Positions 7,508 through 18,500 of a stretch of 64,000 nucleotides of DNA are shown here, in pieces. Position 1 is the first letter of the stretch; each line of letters opens with the position of its first letter. Under the pieces are notes generated by a model. It saw only the letters and a program-made list of their open reading frames with translations. It did no database searches and was not told the origin of the DNA. A program made the translations under genes and the position numbers. Source of the DNA: Bacteroidales bacterium (GTDB taxonomy: Bacteria > Bacteroidota > Bacteroidia > Bacteroidales > 4484-276); contig DASRND010000010.1 in NCBI GenBank assembly GCA_035647615.1, positions 8,619 through 72,618 of the forward strand, written 5' to 3'.

Positions 7508-8425
7508 TCACTTGGTTGCATTGCGTATCTTATGTACTATGTTGATACTGTTGCGTGCAGCTTCCAATCCAAAGCCTTCGCCAGCCAGAATCTTTTCGTA
7601 TGCCACCGTGTGCAAATCAGTAAAACCCTGGCTAAATTCGATCTCGTCCCCATCTACTGTTATGCTGCGATAGGTACGCTGGCCGCGTTGCAGTATTTCT
7701 GTGGGGATATCATTTACGTCCAGACTGAGCTGCCACTTCACGCGCGCCCGTTCCAGTTCCAAAAAACCACTCACCTTGTCAGGCTGAGAGTTGGTGACAT
7801 GAACGTCGATAACTTCCCCAAAAATCCACGACAACATATCAAAAAAGTGCACACCAATGTTGGTAGCCACTCCACCCGACTTGGCAACATCGCCTTTCCA
7901 TGAAATAAAATACCAGCGACCACGGCTGGTAAAATAGGTAAGATCGACGTTGTAAATCTTATCCTGCGAGCCTTCGTCCACTTTCTTTTTCAGCCCGACG
8001 ATAGCCGGATGATGACGCAGCTGAAGGATGGTGTAAATCTTTTTTCCGGTCTCTTGCTCAATTTCCTGTAAAGCGTCCACATTCCATGGATTAAGCACGA
8101 TAGGTTTTTCACAAATAGCATGTGCCTCATTGCGCAAAGCCAGACGGATGTGGGCATCGTGCAGGTAGTTGGGTGAGCAGATGCTTACATAGTCGATGTT
8201 TTTGCCTGTATTCTGGCGGCGCAGCTTGTCGAGGTGCCGGTCGAAGCGCTCGGGTTCGGTAAAAAAGTCGGAATCGGGGAAAAAGCTGTCCATCTTACCC
8301 ATGCAATCAAAAGGGTCGAGGGCCGCCACAATGCGGTTTCCGGTGTCGGCGATTGCTTTCATGTGCCGCGGGGCAATGTATCCCGCTGAGCCTATCAACG
8401 CAAAGTTGAGTACTTTTTTTTCCAT
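7508..8425 (-). CDS. Gfo/Idh/MocA-family sugar-nucleotide oxidoreductase (WbpB-like)
   Basis: Real start MEKKVLNFALIGSAGYIAPRHMKAIADTGN (Rossmann N-terminus). The upstream part of ORF 7508..8665 overlaps the neighbouring gene. Confidence 0.8.
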   Translation of the reverse strand: MEKKVLNFALIGSAGYIAPRHMKAIADTGNRIVAALDPFDCMGKMDSFFPDSDFFTEPERFDRHLDKLRRQNTGKNIDYVSICSPNYLHDAHIRLALRNEAHAICEKPIVLNPWNVDALQEIEQETGKKIYTILQLRHHPAIVGLKKKVDEGSQDKIYNVDLTYFTSRGRWYFISWKGDVAKSGGVATNIGVHFFDMLSWIFGEVIDVHVTNSQPDKVSGFLELERARVKWQLSLDVNDIPTEILQRGQRTYRSITVDGDEIEFSQGFTDLHTVAYEKILAGEGFGLEAARNSINIVHKIRNATK

Positions 8426-8427
8426 AG

Positions 8428-9174
8428 TTAAATAGCTTTTTTGTGATACTGATCGCTTGCTTTGGCAATCAGATCGATGATATGCATGGTTTTTAAATTC
8501 AGTTGATGTTGGTCGATGTAGCTCTGCAGATGCATCAGACACGAGGAGTCGGTGGAGATAATGTATTCGGCGCCGGTTTTGAGCGCATGCTCCACCTTTT
8601 GTTCGGCCATGGCTGTAGAGATGGCTTCGTGCCTGATGGCAAAGGAGCCACCGAAACCACAGCATTCATCCGTTTTTTCCATCTCGACAAGCCGCACGCC
8701 ATCGATGCCCCGCAGAAGACGACGCGGTATTTCAGGGTCGAGATGATATTCGCGCAAAGCGGCGCATGAATCATGATAAGTGACCACGGCTTCGAATGTA
8801 CCGGGGATTTTATCCACTTTTAATACATTAACGATGAAGTCGGTGATCTCGAAAATGTTGTTTTTTATCTTTTTGTATTCGAGGTGCCAGGGGGAGTTGT
8901 AAAAGAGTTTTTCGTAGTAGTTGCGGATAAATCCGATGCAGGAAGCGCTGGCGCCGACAATAGGCCGCTCGCCCTTGAAGTCGCTCAAAAACTTAATGCC
9001 CAGCCTCCTTGCCTCCTCGCGGTAGCCACCGTTGAAGGCCATCTGTCCGCAACAGGTTTGGTTGGGGTTGTAATGCACTTCAACATCCAGCTTTTCGAGC
9101 ACCTGAACCATACTGAAAGCGGTAGATGGATATAGCTGATCGATGAAGCACGGAACAAAAATATCCACATCCAT
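8428..9174 (-). CDS. (Fe-S)-binding protein with two cysteine-rich CCG domains (LutA/GlcF-like)
   Basis: 248 aa with FVPCFIDQLYP..., QTCCGQMAFNGGY and DECCGFGGSFA motifs. Confidence 0.8.
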   Translation of the reverse strand: MDVDIFVPCFIDQLYPSTAFSMVQVLEKLDVEVHYNPNQTCCGQMAFNGGYREEARRLGIKFLSDFKGERPIVGASASCIGFIRNYYEKLFYNSPWHLEYKKIKNNIFEITDFIVNVLKVDKIPGTFEAVVTYHDSCAALREYHLDPEIPRRLLRGIDGVRLVEMEKTDECCGFGGSFAIRHEAISTAMAEQKVEHALKTGAEYIISTDSSCLMHLQSYIDQHQLNLKTMHIIDLIAKASDQYHKKAI

Positions 9175-9384
9175 AGCAATCTTTTTTATGCTTTAAAGCG
9201 GGCAAAAGTACAGCTAATAGTGTAAATGCTTCTCTTTATTAAAAAACTTACTTTATGATGAAGTTGGAAGTAGTCGTTAAAGAATGTTAATTAACGAGAT
9301 GGCTTGATGGTTCAAACCATAATTCTTGCTTGCTTTGTAGAAGGTTTTTTTTTACGGAAACGATGATTTGGTCAGGAATATTTT

Positions 9385-9392
9385 TATATTTG
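9385..9392 (+). promoter_or_regulatory. candidate -7 promoter box TATATTTG for giant gene A (implies a ~190-nt leader)
   Basis: Matches TAnnTTTG. No other match lies between it and the ATG at 9583. Confidence 0.35.
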
Positions 9393-9582
9393 CCAATTGG
9401 ATTTTTACTAATACATTGCGTATGATAAAGACTACACTACCTATCAATTTTCCTTTCGATTTTTGGCATCCATCGCCACAGCCTTCGGGTTAGCGGAGCA
9501 TGCCCTTTTAGCTAACTTTACGTACTTCAAGATTTTTTTGAAAAATCAAGTTTTTATAATTATTAATTTAAACCTAACGTTT

Positions 9583-12500
9583 ATGAAAAGAGTTACAAGT
9601 TTATTAATTGTTCTGCTCCTTTGGCTTAGCAGCGCTACGTATGCGCAGCCAGGCACTGTAGAGCTGGGCGCTGGCACGGCCTCTAACGGCACTACAGCCT
9701 CACCAACGCCCTATGGAACCTGGTACAAAAACCTGCGCCAGCAGTATCTTGTTCTGGCCAGCGAACTATCTTCGATCGGATTGGTGGCCGGCGACATTAC
9801 AGCCATCGGCTTCAATGTGGCAAATGTAAACACTTGCTCGGCCATGCCCAACTACACCATGAAAGTTAAAGCCACCACAGCTTCTGTGCTGACTACTACT
9901 TTCGATAATGAAGGTTATACTGAGGTTTGGTTCGATCAAAACTTCCTGCCGGTTAACGGTTGGAACACGCACACCTTTGGATCTCCATTTACTTGGAATG
10001 GCACCTCTAATCTGCTCGTGGATGTATGTTTCGACATGATCCCGGGATCTTACTCGCAAAATGCTTCTGTATTTTACACGCCCACTGCTACTAATCTATC
10101 GCTTCACTACTATAGCGATACACAGATAGCTTGTGGTACAACCAACTTAGGCACAACGTCACTCAACCGCGCAAACATGCAGTTTACAGGCGTTGTTGCA
10201 GGTTGTTTACCTCCCACCGGCATCGTTGCCGGCGACATCACCAATAACTCGGCTCTCATCAGTTGGACAGCGGGTACAGCTTCTCAATGGGATGTATTGT
10301 ATGGCATCGCCGGTTTCAATCCGCTCACCCAGGGAACTTTGGTAGAAGGGATTGCAAATCCTTCATACTCGGTAACCGGACTTTCCAGTTCAACATTCTA
10401 TGATGTTTACGTTCGCACCGACTGCGGTGCTGAAGTAAGCTCATGGGGCGGCCCCGTTAATTTCGTAACCCTGTGTGGTGTTTACACGCTGCCATTTGCT
10501 GAAAACTTTGATGGAGCTACCTTCCCCTCATTATGCTGGGGTAGATTTTCAGGACTTCTTGAACCTACTTCAATACTTACAGCCACTACAGCAGGTTGGG
10601 TGAAAGACGAGTGGCTAAATGTGGCTGCCAATCCTGATAAAGCAGCAAGAGTTAACATTTATGGTACTACTCATAAATATTGGTTAGTTACACCCGAAAT
10701 TGATTTGGGTGACGGCAGCACCGATTATCAAATGGAATTTGATGTAGCACTGATGGCTTATGGTAACAACAATCCCCCTGCTTTAACCGGCGTTGATGAC
10801 AAATTTGCTGTGGTAATTTCCCTTGATGGCGGCGTAAGCTGGTCGTCGGCAAATACGGTTCGCCTGTGGGACAATGCTGGTTCTACCTATGTTTTCAACG
10901 AAATCAGCAATCTTGGCCAGTGTGTTATTATTTCGTTGGCAGATTATAGTGGCATTGTGAAGTTAGCCTTTTATTCTGAATCCACTATTAGCAATGCCGA
11001 CAACGATTTGATGGTAAATAATTTGTTGATCCAGGTCCCTCCTGCTTGCCCAAAGCCATTATCACTGATTGCTCAAAATCCAACAATCAACAGTATTGAC
11101 TTAAGCTGGACACCCGGCGGCGATGAAACCGCATGGGAAATTTCTTATGGCACCCCGGGCTTCGACCCCAATACAGGCACCATAGTTTCTGCTGCCACCA
11201 ATCCTTTTACGCTTACTGGCTTATCATCAGCCACTTTCTATGAGGTGTATGTAAGAGCCGACTGTGGCACTGATGAAGTAAGCTCCTGGGCTGGCCCTGC
11301 TACTTTTGCAACCGCTTGTGTTGCTGTCAACGTTCCCATTCTTCAAAATTTTGATGCCCTTACGCCACCAGCGCTACCCCTTTGCTGGAGTAAAATCGTA
11401 AGTAATACAACTAACACATTCGTGGCAGTTGAAACGCAAAGTTCTACAACCTCGCATTCATTGCCTAACGATGTAAAGATTTATAATTCAGGTGCAGATA
11501 CTGCTAATCTTCTTCTGATTAGCCCTGAGATAATAGATCCATTGAATACTTTACGCATAAAGTTTTGGGCTAAAGGAGGCACCAATTATAGTCTTTTGCT
11601 CGGAACTATGAGCGACCCAATGGATGCAGCTACCTTTACTTTGCTCAACAATTTTACCGTTCCTGCAAATTATGCTGAATACCAATACGCCCTAACCGCA
11701 TACACAGGCACTGACACCTACTTAGCCTTCAAGCATGGACAAGGAGGCACCTACCATACAATTTATTTGGATGATGTAACAATTGAGCTTCTTCCCGATT
11801 GCATTGAACCTTTGGATGTATCAGTAAGCGATATTACCACCACTACTGCCACAATCGGCTGGACATCGCAAGGTGACGAAACTGCGTGGGATATTACCTA
11901 TGGTGAGCCAGGCTTCCTTCCCGATAATGGCACCATAGTTCCCGCTGCCACCAATCCTTTTACAATCACAGGCTTAACAGCAAACACTTCTTATGAGGTT
12001 TATGTAAGAGCCGACTGTGGAACAGATGAAGTAAGTGATTGGGCAGGCCCTGGTGCTTTTACCACATTATGTGAACCAACAGATTTGCCTTACATTGAGG
12101 ATTTTGAAAGCGCTATTGTACCCAATTTACCTCCTTGTACTTCAAGAGAAAAAATCGGACTTGGTAACGATTGGGCAACAGCCGCAGCTCCTGGCTACGG
12201 ATTTACCAGTAAAACCTTGCGGTACAGCTATAACTCATCGTATGCTGCAGACGCCTGGTTTTATACGAATGGAATGAATCTCAGTGAAGGTGTTAATTAC
12301 CTTTTATCATTCAGGTATGGGAATAACAATACAAGTTATGTTGAAAAGATGAAGGTTGCTTTGGGTACCGATCCAACACATACTGCAATGACCAATGTTA
12401 TTCTTGATTTTCCATCCATAAATCAGGGTAGCCCCCAAATTGTGGACTATACTTTCACTGTGCCTGCAGCAGGCGTTTACTATTTGGGATTCAACTGCTA

Positions 12501-15500
12501 TTCAGGTATAAACGAGTACTACCTTTACGTTGATGATATTGCAGTTGTAGAATTTGTTTCGGGCTCCCTTTCCGGCATAGTCACCGAAGCAACCCGCGGA
12601 GTTATCCAGGGAGCACTGGTAACAGCCGGCGTTAACGAGACCTACACCGATGCCTCAGGTTACTATCTTTTCGATGCGCTGCTTCCGGGTACTTACGATG
12701 TTACCTGCGAAGCCGATGGCTATTTCCCGATAACTGTTGAAGGTGTTGAGGTGATAGCTGACCTAACGACTACACAAGACTTTGAACTGGGCTATGCTAC
12801 CATTTCGGTTGCTCCCGAAAGCCTGACGCAAACTTTGTTGCCAGGTGGAACTGCTACGCAAATGCTCACTATCTCTAATACAGGAGGCACCGAGCCGCTG
12901 ACGTGGAGTGGTGCAATTGAACTTATGGCTTCGAAAGGACAAAAAGTATCTATTCCTGCTGCAAAACAGGTAACGGGTAGCGAAGTATCAAGGGGTAAAG
13001 CTCCTTCGACAAACGCTAGTCCCACAAAAGGTGCAGGCTTTGATGTTCTTAGAGGCTCAACAGGCTATGCATTTGATATGTATCCAGGGTCAGATTATGT
13101 TAATTTTGATACAGATACTCCAGGAGTGTATTCATTAACTGTCCCAACGACACGTTCAGTATATGCAGCAGACTTTGATGGAAACAATGTGTTCTATGCG
13201 ATCGATGAGGACTTAGCACAGCTTTTCACTGTTGATGTTGCTACCGGCGTATTTACACTTGTAGGCAGCACTCTGGCTGTTACAGATTTGGCATTTGACT
13301 ATACAACCAACACGATGTATGCAATAGATTATGTTGGAGCCAACACTCATCTTTTTGAACTTGACCTGATGACAGGTGCAACAACTTTTGTGGGTGATTG
13401 TGGTGCAGGGCTTATTATTTCATTAGCATGCGATGGTAATGGTGATTTGTACGGGTTTAACGTCTCTATTGATAATTTAGTTGCCATTAATAAAGTCAAC
13501 GGAGCATCCACTGCGATTGGGCCGGTAGGCTTTGATGGTAACTATGCACAGAGCATGGCCTGGGATCCTGCATCAGGTAACATCTACATGGCTGCTTTTA
13601 ACTATACAGCTGATCAGGGAGAATTGAGGATAGTCGATATCACCACCGGCGCAACCGCACTAATTGGAGCTTTCCCAGCCGGAGCTGAGATCTGTGGACT
13701 TGGCTTTATGGGCGCTATTGAGTCCTGGCTCTCCATTGATCCGATTTCTGGTATAATCGCCCCCGGCGCATCGCAGGACATCACTGTTACTTTTGATGCT
13801 ACCGATCTTGTGGATAGCACCTATCTGGCTAACATCAAGATTAACCACAACGGTCAGGAACTCACCGACGGTACTTTGCTCGTTCCGGCAACTTTAATCG
13901 TGGCATCAACCCAACCACCCGATGCCCCGACTTTGGTATCCCCGGTAAACCAGGCAACCATGGTTCCGCTGCAACCCGAGTTTGAATGGATCAATGGTGC
14001 TGGAACCGCTCAGGTGCAGTTTGAAGTTCGCGTAGGCGCAGGACTATCACAATCTGTTTACAAATCGCCTTGGTTTGTTGGCTCATCGATCAACCTGTCA
14101 GACGAAGGCGTAATATTGCTACCCAAAAAAGCCTACAGTTGGACGGTGAAAGCCAAAAACGCTGCGGGGTCTGTAACCAGTGTCAAGTGGACTTTTACAA
14201 CCATTGGCGCAGCTAAGGTTAGCGGGTTTGTTTCCGATGCTTACAGCTATTTACCACTCGAAGGAGCTACCATAACGTTTGAACCAGGCGGATACACTGC
14301 CACCACAGCGGCTAACGGCGGTTATTCCGTTGCACAGGTTATTCAAGGAACCTACACCGTAACGGCTATAAAGGATGGCTATAATTCAGAATCAATGGAA
14401 TTGGTGGTACCCGCCTCCGGCGAGGTATTTGCCAGCTTTGCCTTGAACCTCTATCTTGCTCCTCCTACTAACTTGCAGGCTCAAATTGTAGATGTGAACA
14501 ATGTGCATCTTTCGTGGATTTCACCCGATGCACCACCACCAACGTCATTTAGCGAAGGATTTGAAGATACTTACCCACCTATAGGATGGCTGAAAATAAA
14601 CCCCGATGGTGGAACCGGTTGGGATCAGCTGGCTGTTGGAACTACACCGCTGCCCGGATGGACTGGAAACGAAGCCACCGCTGCCCCTAATGGTGGTACT
14701 CAAATGGTATATGCTACCTGGACTACAGGTGGCAGTGCACAAAACGACCAGTGGCTGGTTACCCCTCAAATCGTTACCGCTGCCGAAGATGTGCTGAATT
14801 TCTATATGCGTTATTGGTTTAGTAGTTATGTTGATGCCGTGGATATCCTGATTTCAACGACTACCCAAAATAATCCTGCTGCATTCACAACCACAGTAGC
14901 AAACCTGAACTTTGGATCAGCGAGCAGCACCGACTGGGAACTATACACCTATAACCTGTCTGACTTTGTTGCTCCAGGAACACCAATTTACATTGCTTTC
15001 CGTGAATACATATCGGATAACATGAATGATGGCTCCTTCATAGCACTTGATAATGTTTATGTTGGTCCGCCTACAGATTTGGTTTTTGCTCCTCCAATCG
15101 AAAAACCAGGCATACATTCCATCGCAACCCGCGATTTAAATTATGTTAAAGTTGCTAATCCAACCAGTCAAACTGCAAAATCGACATCAAGAGCTCTGAT
15201 TGGTTTCAACGTTTACCGCAACGAAAATTTCCTGGTAAGCATCGCCGCTGATGTCACCGAAATTGATGATCTCAATCTTGCTGCCGGCACCTATGCTTAC
15301 ACCGTAAAAGCTGTCTATCCCCAGGGCGAATCAGAAGCCGTTGGACCAAAAACAGTGGCTATCCTGGCTCCGCCGGTATTGCTTTCGGCCGAAGCTGATT
15401 ATTATGGTGTAGATTTGGTTTGGGAAGATGGAGTTAATTATCCGGCAAACCTTGATGCCAATGCTAACTATTCGGTATCAAATGTTAAGGATAACCAGGC

Positions 15501-18500
15501 TCTTACTGAAAAAGAGAATCAATTGCATGGTCCTACAACCATTGTCCCCGTTGCAAACGGAAGTCGTGAGGTAGGTGATGACTGTGATAATCCGATTATT
15601 ATCACAACTTTGCCCTACACTGATGTCAATTACACTTGTGGAAGAGGAAATACTTACGAAAACACCTGCCTACAGCCTTATTATGATACCGGCGAGGATA
15701 TTATTTATCAACTTACCCTTACTGCGGCAGCTACCATTGAGCTCGATCTCGCTACCGTAACAGGCTATACAGGCATGTTGATAACTACAGAAAACCCCAT
15801 CGGTAATAATTGTATTGCCTTCGTTACAGGCTATAGCGGAAATAAAAACATGCTTGTTGAACTTGAAGCAGGTACTTATTTTATTATGATCGATACCTGG
15901 TCTGCTCCTGACTGCATTCCTGAATTTACGCTGACTGTTCAGGAGATCACACCCGAGCCAGGACAAACATGTAGTGCAGCAGTTACTGCCGTAGAAGGTC
16001 TTAACTCAGCTCCCATGCAACCTTACTGGTACGAGTTTACACCTACCGAAAGCAAAGCCGTTACCATCTCATCATGTATGGAAGGACAACTCATCGACAC
16101 CAAAATCGAAGTGTACGATGCCTGTGGTGGTAACCTTGTTGCTGCCAATGATGACATGTATGCTGAATGCAGCTACTACAACTATGCTTCCGGCGTAAGC
16201 TTTAACGCTGCCGCTGGTGTGAGCTACAAAATTTTCTGGCTAAACCCATATTCATCCGCAGCTTTTGACTTCACCATTGAACTGGAGGACCTGTGCATTC
16301 TTGAGATGCCCGCCGGCGCTATTGCCGAAGGCGAACCCTGCATCGAAGACGGTGGCGAAGACGTTACCAACGGTGGGTGTAATATGGATGAGCCCATGTT
16401 TACAACCATCAACTGTGGTGATGTAATCTGGGGAACGGCAAGCACCTATACTGTCGAAGGTGGCAACAGCAGAGATACCGATTGGTATGAGCTGGTAATC
16501 ACTGAACCAAAAACTGTGACCTTTAGCGTTACTGCCGAATTCCCTGTTGTTGCCGGCTTTGTCGAACAAATCGTTCCGGGAGTACCTGGCTGTGATAATA
16601 CTACAGAAAACATCATCCCAGCTGCATTAGCTGATCCATGTGAGGAAGCCTCTGTTACTGCCACACTTATTCCCGGTACCTATTATTTATTTGTCGGTAT
16701 GTCTGTATTCGAAGGACATCCTTGTGGTCTCAGCAACAACTATATCGCTGAGCTTACCTGTGAAGATGCATTTGTTCCTTACTTCAACGTGTATCGTAAT
16801 GGTGTGGATATCGCTGATGTTTATGGCAATACCTACTACGACGACGTGAACATTACCAATGGTCAGCAATATTGCTACAAAGTTTCAGAAGTAGTGGCCG
16901 AAGGCTTCCAAACTGGAAAATCGAATGAGCTTTGTGCTACCATCCCGATGATGCCTGAAATCGCAGTTAATCCTGAATCACTCACCGAGACGCACATTGT
17001 GCCACCGGCAAAAACCACCACAAAAACAGTGACCCTTACCAACGATGGTCAAGGTACTTTGAATTGGTATCTGCCATTAGGTGCTGCTGGTGAATATTGT
17101 GCTGCCTCTGCAACCAATCAGGACGAGTATATTTCAAACGTACTTTGTGGGGACATCAACAACTCCAGCGGATGGCAAAGTGCCATTGGTGATTACACTG
17201 CTATGTCAACTAACATCGCGCCTGGTGCTTCTGAACCCATCGTCGTTACCAATGGCAATCCCTGGGCTGTTGACAAGGTAACCTGCTGGGTTGACTGGAA
17301 CCTGGATTATGAATTTGGCGTAGGCACCAACGAAGAGTTCATCCTTACTACTGTGGATGTTGCTGAAACCTTTACCGGTGCTATTGCAGTGCCTGCAGGA
17401 ACACCTGCCGGTGATTACCGCATGCGTGTACGTATGAACTATTCATCTAATCCGCCTCCTTGTGGAGTAACAAGTTATGGTGAAGTTGAAGAGTATACTA
17501 TATCTGTAGGACAACCCTGGCTATCCGTTGATATCCTTGAAGGAACACTGGCTCCCGGCGCATCCATCGACATTGCGGTTACTTTCGATTCCGAAGGTCT
17601 TGAAGCCGGTATTTACAACGATGCGCTCAAATTTATGAGCAACGACCCAATAACTCCTGTGCTGACGGTTCCTGTTACATTCAACGTGGTATCCGCTCCA
17701 ATGATACAGAATATCGTTCTACCGTTAGGCTGGAGCGCATGGTCGTCGTACATTACACCTGCTGCACCTGCTAACGTATCGGATGTGATGGCTACTGTTG
17801 TGGACGATATGATCATTACACAACACTTCACCGAGCTGCTCTATCCGGGATATGGAATCAACACCATGGGTGCATTTAGCAACAACCACGGCTACATGAC
17901 CAAAATGGCTGCTGAGGCCACTCTTACCATCAGCGGTAACATGGCCAATCCGACTGTCCAACTCCACACCGGCTGGAACCTGATTCCTGTTCTGCAGGAA
18001 TGCTCCGAACTGGCTGAAGGCGTATTTAGCAACATCGATGGTTTTGTAATCGCGTGGGAACCCACCGGAAACGGGATTTATTACCCTGAATACGACATCT
18101 ACACGCTTACTAACCTGGTACCGGGCAAAGCTTACTACGTGAAAGTTACGCAAGCCGGCACATTCACTTATCCCGGCTGCGACAAATCTTCGGGCAATGT
18201 GTTCAGCGCTCCGCTGAGAGCTGCCAACACCACCTCCTGGAACGACGTAATCTTCACAGGCGTTAATCATGTGGTTGCATTCGATCAGAAAGCCACCAAC
18301 AATTTGCGCATTGGCGACATGATCGGTGCTTTTGCTAACGGATCGGTTTGTGCCGGTCTGGTAGAATACACAGGCGCTAATCTTGGTTTCACACTCTTTG
18401 GCAACGACATAACCACTATGGCCAACGAAGGCTTTGCAGATGGCGACGTCATGACCTACAAAGTGTTCCGTGCCGAAACCGGCGAAGAGTTTACGATGGA

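Noticed and set aside
7508-8665. Long N-terminal extensions in the ORF track (8665, 9463, 39195, 35582, 32296, 48083, 52291, 6431, 2345)
   Set aside because: The extensions overlap neighbouring genes or repeat DNA and precede obvious signal peptides or Rossmann N-termini. Starts were moved to the internal Met that restores a canonical N-terminus.
8428-9174. An orphan lutA-like gene as part of a lactate-utilisation system
   Set aside because: No lutB or lutC partners are in the window. The gene is adjacent to a sugar-nucleotide oxidoreductase instead. Function is left generic, as a CCG-domain Fe-S protein.
17725-18270. Pair of 'conserved' antisense ORFs (17725..18270 and 28528..29052, 181 and 174 aa, mutually similar)
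   Set aside because: They are similar only because they lie antisense to the near-identical 3' regions of the two giant genes. There is no independent start context or motif.
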